Source of the DNA: an uncultured Candidatus Saccharibacteria bacterium
GTDB taxonomy: Bacteria > Patescibacteriota > JAUYIX01 > CAYNWW01
NCBI GenBank assembly: GCA_964401055.1
Contig: CAYNWW010000001.1
Location: forward strand, 105,003-169,002
DNA length: 64,000 nt
Reading direction: 5' to 3'
Shown: positions 9,515 through 19,883 of the stretch, one piece after another
How the letters are laid out: each line of letters opens with the position of its first letter
Position numbering within the stretch: the first letter of the stretch is position 1
Notes under the pieces: generated by a model
Databases searched by the model: none
What the model was told of the DNA's origin: nothing
What the model saw: the letters and a program-made list of their open reading frames with translations, nothing else
Position numbers and translations under genes: made by a program

Positions 9515-10518
9515 ATGCGCCTGAAAAGTTGTTCAAATTCGGCAGAGGTGCGCGTGGAGTGCGCGAGAATGGCGCGGCGCTTGCGCAGGGCCTGCGGCAG
9601 GAGCCGAAGGACTGCGATATTTGCGCGAAAGAGCGCAGGCTGGATCACTGTTGCCAGCACAAGCAACTTGATCTCATACAGTATAATCGAAAATGCATGT
9701 CGCAGCAACGTAGCAACCGGCGCATTTTTTATGACGAGGAGGCGTTGATTTTTGAGGGAGTGGAATTGTTCGGTGCGCGCGCGGCTGGCGCGTGAGGTGA
9801 GGAGGCGCATGAGGTCGCGCGCGCGGCGGGTTGGGTTTGTTTTTACTCCTCGCGCGTGCGTGCCGATAGTGGCTGAGGTGGCGAGCGCATTCCATCCCGC
9901 ATGCCAAAGTCGCCAGCAGAGGTCAACGTCTTCTTTGTAAATAAAAAACGATTCGTCAAAATATTCGCCCGTGCCGGCAATGTCGATGTTGCGTAGGGCT
10001 TGTGCTCGGATCAGGCAGGCGGCTCCTGAAATACCAAACACGCGAGCGAGATCCGACGGGCGCGCCAAATGTGCAGCGAGTGGTTCGCCGGCATGGATTT
10101 CTACTGCATGCAGGTTGCGTTCAAGAAAAATTCCATCTGAATCGATGATTGCCGGATCTTGCGCGCGAACCAGGCGTCCACCCGCCATGCCGCATTGGCG
10201 CTCGCGCTCGAGCATGCGCACCAGCTGCGCAACTGCATCAGGTGCAAGCACCACGTCGGGATTGAGGACGAGTACCGCGTCCGCTCCCGCGCTGAGCGCT
10301 TGAGCAATTCCCCGATTGTGAGCGGCGGCAAACCCGGTGTTTGTGGTATGCGCCTGAAACAAAACTCCGCTCGCCTGAACGATCGCCGAAGTCTGATCGG
10401 TCGAGGCATTGTCAATAACACGAACCGTCGTGCGGTGGGTTTGTGCCGCGAGCGCCGCCAAGCAGGCCGCGATATCGCGTTCGCTATTGTATGTGACGAT
10501 TGTTGTGTGGATGTTCAT
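9499..10518 (-). CDS. GT2 glycosyltransferase
   Basis: IVTYNS, DNASTD, LNPD, FDESFFIYKEDVDLCWR. Confidence 0.9.
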   Translation of the reverse strand: MNIHTTIVTYNSERDIAACLAALAAQTHRTTVRVIDNASTDQTSAIVQASGVLFQAHTTNTGFAAAHNRGIAQALSAGADAVLVLNPDVVLAPDAVAQLVRMLERERQCGMAGGRLVRAQDPAIIDSDGIFLERNLHAVEIHAGEPLAAHLARPSDLARVFGISGAACLIRAQALRNIDIAGTGEYFDESFFIYKEDVDLCWRLWHAGWNALATSATIGTHARGVKTNPTRRARDLMRLLTSRASRARTEQFHSLKNQRLLVIKNAPVATLLRHAFSIILYEIKLLVLATVIQPALFRANIAVLRLLPQALRKRRAILAHSTRTSAEFEQLFRRIWISR

Positions 10519-12214
10519 TTGAGAGGGTTACGACGCGCTGCATTTCTTGCGCGCAGACGTGGATGGTGCCGATCACAAGGAGCAAAAATCCGATTCCAAG
10601 CGGATGATTGAGGTAGGGCGTGGTGACGTTGGTGATCAAAAATCCAAACAATGCTACAAGGAGAGCAATCACAAGCACTCCCCGACTTCCTTTGGTGCGG
10701 TTGTATTCTTGTGCATGAATCTCTTTGAGCAAATCAGCCGCAGGTGTAATTTTTTGTTTCAAAAAACGATAGCCCTCTTGAAATACTACAATCAACAACG
10801 CACTGTACGCACCGAGTCCAATAATTCCAAGCTTCATCCAGATATCGAGATAGGTCCATTCGACAAGGTACACGCGGAGCAGCCCTTGTTTTTCCGGCGT
10901 CACGCTTTCGTATTCGATGGTCGTGCCAAATCCATTGCCAATGATTGGCCGCGCGGTAATTTTTTCTTGTACCGGTACCAGAAGATTGATTCTGTTGGTG
11001 GCGGATTTTTCTTTGGTCGGTTGAGTAATGGATAGTGCTCGGTCTGTCCATGCGCGAAAGGTGGACGGCGCGGCTATTCGGACAAATACTCCGATTGTCA
11101 TCACGCACACAAGAGCCGCCGTGATCAAGCGAGCAACTTTTTTTGGAGGAAGGTGCACCAGAGAGAACATGATGCCGGCTGTGAGCCCAAGCCACAGACT
11201 GCGAGAAAAGCTGAGTAGTGTGGTGAGAGCAAACAAGACAAACAATCCTCGATACAGCGGCAGATGCGCGCGAGAAATCCATTCAGGTCCAGATACGAGC
11301 AGCATCCACATGATAAGTGCCGCAAGCATGATAAATATCTGCGAGACAAAAAAGATACGGAAAAATCGACCGCTCAAATATGAAATTTCCGCCATGCCGG
11401 CGTCCTGTGCCCAACGGTACACTTGAGGCACATTTGCTTTTTCCTGCGCGCGCTTGAACTCGAATTCGGTCAATTCTTGTTTTGCAGTGGTTGATTGCGA
11501 AATTTTTGTTGCATCCTCGGGATTATTCTCATCAATTGCCAATTCGGTTGAAATATTTCCCGCCGCATCCGGCCGTGCATCCTGATGAAAGATGGCAAAA
11601 TCTGCAAATAATAGGATTGTTGTCAGGGATATTGCAATGCAAGTTGCAAAAAACAAGCGAAGTATTTTTTCTATCTGCCCTACTGTGTTGAGTGTGTCCA
11701 AGAGCGGAATCAGCACCAGCCAATAGATGTACGCGTTTGCGTCAAAAAAGATTAAGCTCAGTGAATGTCCTTGTGCTATTCCTGTGCCAAGCCCGAGTGC
11801 GATTGCGCCAATAAGCCCGAGAAATGGTAAGAAAAACGGGGAACCGGTAACGCGCGTCAGTGTGGTGCGCTGGCGAGAACTGACTATTTTTTTTGCAAAC
11901 CAGATGCCAAGCACGATGATAAAGAGCGCAAGCCGAAGCGATACCACAAATCCTCCCACTGCGGGAAAAGAAAAGAGATAGCCTTTGGATCCAAGAAATA
12001 ATTCAAACAGTAGGAGTAAAATCCCCTCCTCAGTACGCAGGATGGTCAGCGCGATAGCACCAACGCAGATGAGCCAAAACACAATCCAGTTGAGCCAAGG
12101 AAATATATAGCCAAGATACGAGAGAAAAAGAATTGCCAGTGCCGCGATGACTCGCGTGATAATTGAGCGGTTGAAAATCTGGATTTTTGCGAGCGGTTGA
12201 AAAATGTCGTGCAT
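10484..12214 (-). CDS. O-antigen ligase/Wzy_C family membrane protein
   Basis: Many TMs, SFSRSLWLG, PIIGNGFG; start likely ATG 12214. Confidence 0.8.
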   Translation of the reverse strand: MHDIFQPLAKIQIFNRSIITRVIAALAILFLSYLGYIFPWLNWIVFWLICVGAIALTILRTEEGILLLLFELFLGSKGYLFSFPAVGGFVVSLRLALFIIVLGIWFAKKIVSSRQRTTLTRVTGSPFFLPFLGLIGAIALGLGTGIAQGHSLSLIFFDANAYIYWLVLIPLLDTLNTVGQIEKILRLFFATCIAISLTTILLFADFAIFHQDARPDAAGNISTELAIDENNPEDATKISQSTTAKQELTEFEFKRAQEKANVPQVYRWAQDAGMAEISYLSGRFFRIFFVSQIFIMLAALIMWMLLVSGPEWISRAHLPLYRGLFVLFALTTLLSFSRSLWLGLTAGIMFSLVHLPPKKVARLITAALVCVMTIGVFVRIAAPSTFRAWTDRALSITQPTKEKSATNRINLLVPVQEKITARPIIGNGFGTTIEYESVTPEKQGLLRVYLVEWTYLDIWMKLGIIGLGAYSALLIVVFQEGYRFLKQKITPAADLLKEIHAQEYNRTKGSRGVLVIALLVALFGFLITNVTTPYLNHPLGIGFLLLVIGTIHVCAQEMQRVVTLSNEHPHNNRHIQ

Positions 12215-12227
12215 GCGCGGAGCGAAA

Positions 12228-13100
12228 TTATAAATCCTTGTTGGGTTTTGCAATCTGTGTGAGTTGCGTGATGGCTGCGAGCGCCAGACTGATCGGGGTG
12301 AGGAGCTGGAGCAACAATGTCTGTGCTATTGATCCGTGTTTGCGGAAGTAGCGAACTAGTGACCGGTTGAGATAACGCTGTTTTGTGATTCGATTTACTT
12401 GCGCAAAACTGGTTCCTTTGTGATGCACAAGATGCGCGTCGGCGAAATAGAGTGTATGCAGACCGGCGTCCTGCGCGCGTTTGCAAAAATCCACTTCCTC
12501 AAACCAGATGAAAAATGATTCATCAAAGGCACCGATTTTTTCTATAGCCGCCCGGCTAATCAGGAAGCACGCGCCCATCACTTGATCCACGGTCTGCGTC
12601 CGCGTGTAATCAAAATCCGGCAAAAAGTACGACCGGAGCGGCGCCAGGCGCGGGAACAGATTGTGCAATTTGAGGAGGATGAGCGCTTGTGAGCTGGCGG
12701 TTGGAAAGCTGCGGCAGCTGGGCTGGATGCGTCCATCCGGGTATTGGATGCGCGGGCCGATGATGCCTACGTCCGGCCTCGAACGCATGCATTCTACCAT
12801 GCGCAAAAATGCATTGTCTACGAGCGCGGTGTCGGGGTTGAGCAAGAGGATTGCGTTGCCGCGCGCGCGGGCGATACCTTGGTTTACGGCCGCAGCAAAT
12901 CCGCGGTTGGCGGTGTTGCGAATCAGATGAGCCGACGGGAATTCGTGCGCGAGCGCATCAGCTCCTCCATCGCTCGATGCGTTGTCAACAATGATGACTT
13001 CGTATGTAATCCCGCGGGTATGGGTGATGATTGATTGAACACACGCAAGCGCGAGCTCGCGAGTATTCCAGGTGACGATGATAATGGAGAGGTCTGTCAT
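12228..13100 (-). CDS. GT2 (WbbL-like)
   Basis: LSIIIVTWN, LLNPD, FDESFFIWFEEVDFC. Confidence 0.9.
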   Translation of the reverse strand: MTDLSIIIVTWNTRELALACVQSIITHTRGITYEVIIVDNASSDGGADALAHEFPSAHLIRNTANRGFAAAVNQGIARARGNAILLLNPDTALVDNAFLRMVECMRSRPDVGIIGPRIQYPDGRIQPSCRSFPTASSQALILLKLHNLFPRLAPLRSYFLPDFDYTRTQTVDQVMGACFLISRAAIEKIGAFDESFFIWFEEVDFCKRAQDAGLHTLYFADAHLVHHKGTSFAQVNRITKQRYLNRSLVRYFRKHGSIAQTLLLQLLTPISLALAAITQLTQIAKPNKDL

Positions 13101-14236
13101 AAGTGTGTCACGTAACTCATCATTTCATGTACTTTTTTTGTCCACGTATGTGCGGCTGTTGCTTGCATGCGCGCCAGTTGTTCTTGTTGTGAATTTTCCT
13201 TTGCGGCTGCGCGGACGGCTGCGAGAAATTCTTGCGGTGTCGATGCGATATGGACGAACGGCGCAAGATCAGGCGCAAGATCCGCAAGCGGTGTGCTCAC
13301 CACCGGCTTGCCGCACGCGAGATAATCATACAATTTCATCGGATTCATCGAGCGAGTGAACGCGGTGTTGCGATGCGGAATAATCATCACGTCTTGTTTG
13401 CGCAACAATTCTGGCAGCTGATCGTGCGGGGCAAGTTGTTTGGTAAATGTGATGAATGGATTTGTGGCATACCGCGCGGCGTCAAAATTATTCCACACCG
13501 GCCCAAACAGGGTGACGCGGATGTCGGCGTGCGCGCTGAGCTCATCAAGAATCGCGGTGTCGATGCGATCTTGGATGACGCCGACATATCCTACGCGAAT
13601 TTTTTCCTGGGTCGCCTGGTGAAATGCCACATGATCAAATGGGCGCACGCCGTTGAATATGGCGTGTGCTGAAGGATGGTTGGGAAATAGCGAGAGCAAT
13701 TCGCGCGAGACGGTAAAAATCACATCAGCGCGTTTGGCGATGGTTGAGTAGTTGGCGGTCAGTCGGTCGCGCTCGTGTGCATAGACTGAGTGCTCGGCCC
13801 AATTGTCCACGCAGTCGAATACGGTTGTGGTATGCGGGAGCGCATCGAGCCAGCCGGTGAACAGTGGATTTGCCGACCAGACGATCGGTGCGCGCATCTC
13901 GAGCGCAGCCATCACACGAGCGACTCTGTTCCAAAATCCGCGCTCGTTGATCGCCGATCGCGTCGATGAATAGAGAAATAATTTTTCATTTATTTGATAC
14001 AAGCCAAACGCCTGCGTCCGCAAATCTTGGTAGCGCGCGCGATAATACGGAAATTCGCTCAGCGCGTATCGCGCGGCACGTTTGAGGGTGTGCGGCGGCG
14101 CATCAATAAATAAAATTCGCCCAACATCTTCGCGCGCCTGTAGCTCGCGCAATACTTCCGCATTGCGATTGACCGTGCCGGTCGCGTATGCGCGGTAGGA
14201 ATTCATCCCAATGTAGAGAATGTCGTGTTTGTTCAT
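13097..14236 (-). CDS. GT-B glycosyltransferase (TuaH-like)
   Basis: FDCVDNW, PMKLYDYLACGKPVVST. Confidence 0.85.
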   Translation of the reverse strand: MNKHDILYIGMNSYRAYATGTVNRNAEVLRELQAREDVGRILFIDAPPHTLKRAARYALSEFPYYRARYQDLRTQAFGLYQINEKLFLYSSTRSAINERGFWNRVARVMAALEMRAPIVWSANPLFTGWLDALPHTTTVFDCVDNWAEHSVYAHERDRLTANYSTIAKRADVIFTVSRELLSLFPNHPSAHAIFNGVRPFDHVAFHQATQEKIRVGYVGVIQDRIDTAILDELSAHADIRVTLFGPVWNNFDAARYATNPFITFTKQLAPHDQLPELLRKQDVMIIPHRNTAFTRSMNPMKLYDYLACGKPVVSTPLADLAPDLAPFVHIASTPQEFLAAVRAAAKENSQQEQLARMQATAAHTWTKKVHEMMSYVTHL

Positions 14237-15378
14237 AGCGAAGAAAGAATGCGTTCAAGTTCGGTGGCTTTCGTGTCCCAATTGAATTGCGTCACCGCTC
14301 GCCTGCGCCCGGCCTCACCCATCTCGCGTGCGCGATCGGGATCCTCGAGCAAAGAACTGATTTTTTCCGTGATCGTCGGCCCGTCTGTTGGATCAACCAA
14401 ATATCCGGTCACGCCATCAGCCACTGCATCCGCAACTCCACCGGTGTTGCCCGCAACCACGGGAACGCCGCAGGCGTTTGCTTCCAAAAATACCATGCCG
14501 AATCCTTCCACGTTTCCCTCGTGTGCGATGTCGCGACTCAGTGTCACAAATACGTCAGCGAGCGCATAATGCGTGGCCAGCGATTCGTTCGGTATGCGTT
14601 CTTTGACAAGCGTGACGTGCGGTTGCATCGCGTGCCGCGCGATGAGATTGCTCAGATAGTCGTGATCGTCGCCTTGTCCCACGATCAGATAGTGCGCATT
14701 GGGCACGCGTTGTACGATCTCGGGCATGAGCGCGATGAGCGTATCAAATCCTTTGCGCCGATCCAGCCGTCCGATGCTCACGAGGATTTTTTTGCCGCGC
14801 AAGCCGTAGCGATCAAGCAGCGTGGCATCTTTGGTCGCGCGCGGGGAAAATCGGTCAGCGTCTACGCCGGGCGGCATCAGGATCGTGTGTGCGGAAAAAT
14901 CCCCATATGACTGGATAAGCCCGCGCGTAAATTCACTAATGGTAATAATTTGTGCGCTCGCACGCAGTACGTGACGAGCCAGTAGGTGTTTGAGCGGTGA
15001 GGTGCGCGGGAGCACGAGATCGCGCCCGTAGGTCATGAGCACAGATGGTTTGTTGCCAAGCAAAAGTCCGGCCGCGCCGCTGGGTAAAATTTCGCCACAG
15101 ACAATTTGTTCGATGTGATGCTTGCGTATCAGTTGGCGAGCAACGCGCGCAATCGCGATCCAGCTTGGGAGCATGCCTTGTCGAGTGAAATCGGTGCGTA
15201 CAATGTGCAATGGCTCTGCGGCATGGTCAAATTCATCCTCTGCCTTCGAGTCGATATCATGTCCGGCAAGTACGATCAGCTTATCGGCCGGTAGTCGGCG
15301 ATAGAGATTCCACAAGTGATTTTGTACTCCGCCGTGCATTGGCGGAAATAATGATGTAATAAGAAGCGTCTTTTTCAT
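14233..15378 (-). CDS. GT4 (PimB-like)
   Basis: FPPMHGG, GRLDRRKG, EGFGMVFLEANACG. Confidence 0.92.
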   Translation of the reverse strand: MKKTLLITSLFPPMHGGVQNHLWNLYRRLPADKLIVLAGHDIDSKAEDEFDHAAEPLHIVRTDFTRQGMLPSWIAIARVARQLIRKHHIEQIVCGEILPSGAAGLLLGNKPSVLMTYGRDLVLPRTSPLKHLLARHVLRASAQIITISEFTRGLIQSYGDFSAHTILMPPGVDADRFSPRATKDATLLDRYGLRGKKILVSIGRLDRRKGFDTLIALMPEIVQRVPNAHYLIVGQGDDHDYLSNLIARHAMQPHVTLVKERIPNESLATHYALADVFVTLSRDIAHEGNVEGFGMVFLEANACGVPVVAGNTGGVADAVADGVTGYLVDPTDGPTITEKISSLLEDPDRAREMGEAGRRRAVTQFNWDTKATELERILSSL

Positions 15379-16712
15379 TGCTCAAGTATACCATGCGTGG
15401 CTTGGGCATTTCTGCCTCCGCGAAGGTATTCGGCGAGTGGCATATACGCCGACGCAATCCCCCAATATTTTTCGCGCCCTTTTTTTTCTTTCAGCTCGAT
15501 GACGCCCCGCTCTTTCAACGGCTTCATATAATATCCGGAAATATTCGCTTCAGCTTTGTGAAGCATGCGGGCTAATTCTTTTTGATTGACTTGCTCGGGT
15601 GCGCGCGCGATGTGTCGGAGCACATCTTGTTGTTCGCGTGTGAGGCCTGAGACGTGCGTCACTTGCTCCCATTGCCATTGGCCAAGAAGTAGCATGGCCT
15701 CGCTCAGGTTGAGCGTGTGTGCCACAATGTTGGGATACTCGGACAAAATATGATTGATACTTGCCATGATTGACCGGATATCACCCGCATGGAGATCATA
15801 CAGTGCGCTGATCACCTCAAGCGAGATCGGTTCGGTGACTTGCTTCACGTGATGTGATCGCAGGAGGGTCATGCGTTCGCGAAACACTTCCAAAATTTCT
15901 TCTTTGCTGAGCGGTTCGAGTTGGATAATCGGCTGGCTAAACATGCTGCGCACGCGCGGATGAGTACTGATCACCGAATCGAAAAAATCGCGCGGTCCCA
16001 AAAATAGCGCATACAAATGCGGCATCTGCAGCACGTCGCGAATATCTTGGAAAAATTGGCGCACGCGCGGACGATCTTGTTCGATCGCCACATCAAAATT
16101 ATTCATATGAATAATCAGACCTTGATGACGCCGGCCGTTTATTTTTTCCGTGCTGACAAATTGGAGCAACTCCCACAAGCATTTTTCCAGCGAGCTCATA
16201 CTCATTTCTTGGGGTAACGTGGTTTGCGCGCTCACGCCGACGCTTCCATTGATGACACCGGCTGCAACGCCGGCGGAAAAAGTGAGCGAGCGCTCAAAAC
16301 TCACATCTACCAGTCGGTTGAGTTTGCGCAGGGTTTTTTGCTGGAGCAGGCGCGGATCAACCAAGGTGATTTCGCGCAGTGTGGATCCGATGATTTCGAG
16401 AATAAATTCGCGCTTGTTGAGGAGCGGCACACTTGCCTCGATCTCGCGACGAAATGAAAACAGCGGTTTTGTTTTGCCGTATTTCCAACTGAATTTCTCC
16501 ATATTGGCCAGGCTTGTTTTGCCCACGCCCACGTCTCCGCAGATGGCGATGGCTGCACGCGAATCTTGTGAGAACGCACTTTCGATCACTTGGCGCTCTC
16601 GTTCGCGCCCCACAAACGCGGCTTCAAGAGACACCTCCCCGCCCTCCACCAGCGGAAGGGTGTCGTAGGGGTTGCCTTTTAGGCCAAATTGTTGCCAATT
16701 AATGGGGTGCAC
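15375..16712 (-). CDS. P-loop AAA+ ATPase with C-terminal winged HTH
   Basis: FGLKGNPY, FVGRERE, Walker A GDVGVGKT, degenerate Walker B IHMNNFD, GDIR; C-terminal QKELARMLHKAEANISGYYMKPLKERGVI. Confidence 0.8.
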   Translation of the reverse strand: MHPINWQQFGLKGNPYDTLPLVEGGEVSLEAAFVGRERERQVIESAFSQDSRAAIAICGDVGVGKTSLANMEKFSWKYGKTKPLFSFRREIEASVPLLNKREFILEIIGSTLREITLVDPRLLQQKTLRKLNRLVDVSFERSLTFSAGVAAGVINGSVGVSAQTTLPQEMSMSSLEKCLWELLQFVSTEKINGRRHQGLIIHMNNFDVAIEQDRPRVRQFFQDIRDVLQMPHLYALFLGPRDFFDSVISTHPRVRSMFSQPIIQLEPLSKEEILEVFRERMTLLRSHHVKQVTEPISLEVISALYDLHAGDIRSIMASINHILSEYPNIVAHTLNLSEAMLLLGQWQWEQVTHVSGLTREQQDVLRHIARAPEQVNQKELARMLHKAEANISGYYMKPLKERGVIELKEKKGREKYWGIASAYMPLAEYLRGGRNAQATHGILEQ

Positions 16713-16849
16713 GAAATGGATATAGAAAATTTTGAATTCGTTATAACTATCTTATTACGTCTCAATTGGATATTCAAGCATTTTTTTGATAGATATAGGG
16801 AATTGAGTAGCCGACTGTTGATAACGCTCGTCGCGCCGGCGAAAAAGAA

Positions 16850-16873
16850 AAACGACTCCTTGCGGGGTCGTTT
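16850..16873 (-). terminator. Intrinsic terminator of orphan islet
   Basis: AAACGACCCC-GCAA-GGAGTCGTTT then TTCTTTTT. Confidence 0.75.
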
Positions 16874-16883
16874 GGTTGGACGG

Positions 16884-17219
16884 TTAAAAAATTGCGGCTT
16901 TTTGGAATGCTCGTGTAGGTTTTACGACGGGCATTCCATTCCAGCTGCCAATTCGCGGGTCGTGGCTGGCAATTTTCCCAACAAAATAGTTGAGCTTTGA
17001 CCTGGCCTTGTGGATCTTTTCGAAATCATTAAGGCGGTGTTGGGTTCGCTTCTTGGGGTCGCTGAGTATTCTTGTGAGCGATTCCAGTTGCTCATCCTGT
17101 TTGCGCATTTTATACCTGATTCGCGCTAAAAAGTTTTTCAGCTGCGCCCTTGTCATGTTTTTGGTGTGGTGCTTTTCGCGCAGTCTCTTCCTTCGTAGCG
17201 CCAGCTTTTCGTTCTTCAC
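16884..17219 (-). CDS. Basic orphan protein
   Basis: AAGGAGG 6 nt before the GTG; ends just before the terminator; overlaps the upstream ORF. Confidence 0.55.
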   Translation of the reverse strand: MKNEKLALRRKRLREKHHTKNMTRAQLKNFLARIRYKMRKQDEQLESLTRILSDPKKRTQHRLNDFEKIHKARSKLNYFVGKIASHDPRIGSWNGMPVVKPTRAFQKAAIF

Positions 17220-17595
17220 CAGGTGCCTCCTTGTGAGCGGGTGCGAGCTGCTCGTGTGCAGCCTCTATGATCCAGCAGGAATTTTGAAGCGACCGAGCCA
17301 CAAACTCAAGTCGCTGAAGTAATTGAGTCACAGATAAACTATCAAATTTCTTTCGATAGAACTTCTCCATTTGGTGGTGGGCTCCCTCTTCCAAAAGTCG
17401 CGTGAGCTGTCGAGACTCTTGGAGATCTTGAAGCTGTGTGTTTTTGAGCAAAAACGTCAGCTGCTCATGAATGCTTGAGGCTCTTGTGTCACAAAGAACC
17501 ACTAGTCTGCGTAAATGCGCATGCTGGGTTCTTTTTCGCAACAACAAAAGCAGAAGCACAATAAGTGCCAGTGCGCCGATCGTACTCCTCGACAT
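17110..17595 (-). CDS. Orphan with N-terminal membrane anchor
   Basis: AGGAGG SD, promoter-like TGGACA..TAGGAT, hydrophobic N-terminus. Confidence 0.65.
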   Translation of the reverse strand: MSRSTIGALALIVLLLLLLRKRTQHAHLRRLVVLCDTRASSIHEQLTFLLKNTQLQDLQESRQLTRLLEEGAHHQMEKFYRKKFDSLSVTQLLQRLEFVARSLQNSCWIIEAAHEQLAPAHKEAPGEERKAGATKEETARKAPHQKHDKGAAEKLFSANQV

Positions 17596-17661
17596 CGGTT
17601 CCTCCTCAGTGGAATGCTCTATCCTAGCAGGAGCGGGAGGAAGTTGTCCAGAGTACGAGAT

Positions 17662-18336
17662 TTATTTTGTTGTCTCCAGCATTTTTTTCGCACGCGCGCA
17701 TGTCTCGCAATCACAACCAAGTAATTGCGTCATCATGACGAGACGCTTGCCGAGAAGTTGTGCAATCATGGCGTCTTCTGAGCTGAGCTCGTTTTGCCCG
17801 CTGTGGCCGCTCACGAAAACTGCGCCATAGGGACTGCCGGCGTCAAAATCTTTGTCTTTGCCCTGAATCGGATACGGAATACCAACCGGGATCATGCCCA
17901 AGTTGAGAAGCGGAATCATGAGCGATAAAAGCGTCGCCTCTTCCCCGCCGTGCATGCTGCCGGAAGAGCAAAACAGCGCGGCCGGCTTGCTCAGCATTTT
18001 ACCTTCAATCCAGATCGGTGAGAGTTGGTCAATAAACTGTTTGAGTTGCGCGGCAAATGAACCAAAATGCACCGGCGTGCCGAGCGCGATGCCGTCGGCC
18101 TGGATAAAATCATCCAGTGTGGCGAGTGGATAGCGAGCTTCCAAGTCGGCGCGATGTTTGGCAAGTTCGGGCTTTTTTGCAAACACCGCGTCCGGGATGA
18201 GCTCGGGCACGTGCTTGATCGCCACTTCAACGTCTGGGAGTTCGCGCGCGCCTGCCGCTACGTGTTCTGCGAGTTTTGCCGTCTCGCCAGTAAGGCTGTA
18301 AAACAGCACAAGGATCCGGAGCGGTTTGGTGTGCAT
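17662..18336 (-). CDS. wrbA: NAD(P)H:quinone oxidoreductase (WrbA family)
   Basis: YSLTGET, GTPVHFGS, SSGSMHGGEEATL, GSPYGA; start likely ATG 18336. Confidence 0.9.
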   Translation of the reverse strand: MHTKPLRILVLFYSLTGETAKLAEHVAAGARELPDVEVAIKHVPELIPDAVFAKKPELAKHRADLEARYPLATLDDFIQADGIALGTPVHFGSFAAQLKQFIDQLSPIWIEGKMLSKPAALFCSSGSMHGGEEATLLSLMIPLLNLGMIPVGIPYPIQGKDKDFDAGSPYGAVFVSGHSGQNELSSEDAMIAQLLGKRLVMMTQLLGCDCETCARAKKMLETTK

Positions 18337-18395
18337 GCGCGTGAATAAATGGTCAAATATAGTGCAGTATATCACGCCTGTGCTATGCTTTCGGT

Positions 18396-19883
18396 ATGGC
18401 ATCGGCAAATCCTTTGCGCCAATTGGCTAAACAATCTTTTATCTACACCATCGGCAGCGTGGTCCAAAGCGCGGTCGCTATTTTGTTGTTGCCGTTTTAT
18501 ACGCATTATTTGAGCACGGCCGAATATGGCACCATGGAAATCGCCAATACCGCATTGAGCGTGCTGTTGTTTTTGTTATCGTTTGGTTTTGCGTCTGCGG
18601 TGTTAAAAAATTATGCACTGGATTTTGAAGGTCAGCCTGAGCAGCAGCGGCGAATGATCGGGAGTGCGTTTGGATTTGTGATGCCGGTCGTCGTCGTGTG
18701 TGCTGTGACGCTGTCGCTTGCGGCGCCGTGGATTGCGCAGGTGTTGTTTGGCGATGCGGCGCGTGCAGATTTGGTGGTGATTGTACTCGCGACCACTGTA
18801 TGCGCAATTTTTGTCAATCTGGGATTTGCGGTGTTGCGCGCGCAAGAAGCGGCGCGGCGATATACGATATTGTTTTTGACACGATTCGCAGCTTTGTTGG
18901 CGCTTAATATTGGCGCGGTCGTGGTGCTGCATGCGGGCGTGCGCGGGATTTTGATTGGTAATTTGGTGACCTATGCGCTGGCATGTGCGATGCTTGCGCC
19001 TACCCTTGTCCGCTCGGCCGCGTTTGTGGTGGATGCGGCGCAGGTGCGGCGATTGCTGGCGTTTGGATTGCCGCTCGTGCCGGCGTCGATGGCGCAGTGG
19101 TTTATGGATCTGTCTGATCGATATTTTTTGCGCGCGTCGCATTCGTTGGCGGAAGTTGGTGTGTATTCGTTGGGGTATAAAATCGGATTTGTGGTGTTGG
19201 TGTTGCTCGTGACTCCGTTTCAGCTCGCCTGGCCTACGATTTCATTTCGCTCTGCTGCGACTCATGAAGATCCGCGACGACTGCATGCGCGGGCGTTGAC
19301 GTATTTGGTGTTGGTTGGGTGTGGGCTGACGTTGGTGTTGTCGTTATTCGCGCGCGATGTGATTGTGCTTTTTTCTCGTCCCGAATTTGTCCGCGGCGCG
19401 TCGGTGGTGTGGATTGTGGCTACATCGTATGTCTTGTATGGCGCGCATTTTGTGGTGGCACAAGGGATTCACGTGGCCAAAAAGACGCGTTGGTATCCCT
19501 GGATTTTGGTCGGCGCGGCAGTGATAAACGTACTATGCAACGTGGTGTTGATTCCATCGTATGGCATGATTGGCGCCGCATTTGCGACATTGATCGCATT
19601 TGGCGTGATGTTTGGCGTCACGCTTGCGGTGTCGGTGCGCGTGTATCCGGTGAAGTACGAATGGACACGTCTTGCGGTACTCATTGGCGTGACCGGAGCG
19701 GTGTTGCTGCTGGCGCAATTGGTGCCGGCGCAGACTCGCGGTGTGTGGATATTTGTAAAATGCACCTTGATTGTTGGTGCGGGCGTAGTAGTATGGATAA
19801 GTCCTTTTTTTGAATCGGGCGAACGGGCGCTGATCCGCGGCCTGTGGGCGCGCATTCCGTTTTTTAAGAAAAAATCTGCATGA
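18396..19883 (+). CDS. Wzx-type polysaccharide flippase
   Basis: Polytopic membrane protein; LLPFYTHYLSTAEYG, SDRYFL, VGVYSLG, LIPSYGMIGAAFAT. Confidence 0.9.
   Translation: MASANPLRQLAKQSFIYTIGSVVQSAVAILLLPFYTHYLSTAEYGTMEIANTALSVLLFLLSFGFASAVLKNYALDFEGQPEQQRRMIGSAFGFVMPVVVVCAVTLSLAAPWIAQVLFGDAARADLVVIVLATTVCAIFVNLGFAVLRAQEAARRYTILFLTRFAALLALNIGAVVVLHAGVRGILIGNLVTYALACAMLAPTLVRSAAFVVDAAQVRRLLAFGLPLVPASMAQWFMDLSDRYFLRASHSLAEVGVYSLGYKIGFVVLVLLVTPFQLAWPTISFRSAATHEDPRRLHARALTYLVLVGCGLTLVLSLFARDVIVLFSRPEFVRGASVVWIVATSYVLYGAHFVVAQGIHVAKKTRWYPWILVGAAVINVLCNVVLIPSYGMIGAAFATLIAFGVMFGVTLAVSVRVYPVKYEWTRLAVLIGVTGAVLLLAQLVPAQTRGVWIFVKCTLIVGAGVVVWISPFFESGERALIRGLWARIPFFKKKSA

Noticed and set aside
15375-16712. 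Cdc6/Orc1 initiator or TnsC-like transposition ATPase
   Set aside because: No iterons, transposase or terminal repeats nearby
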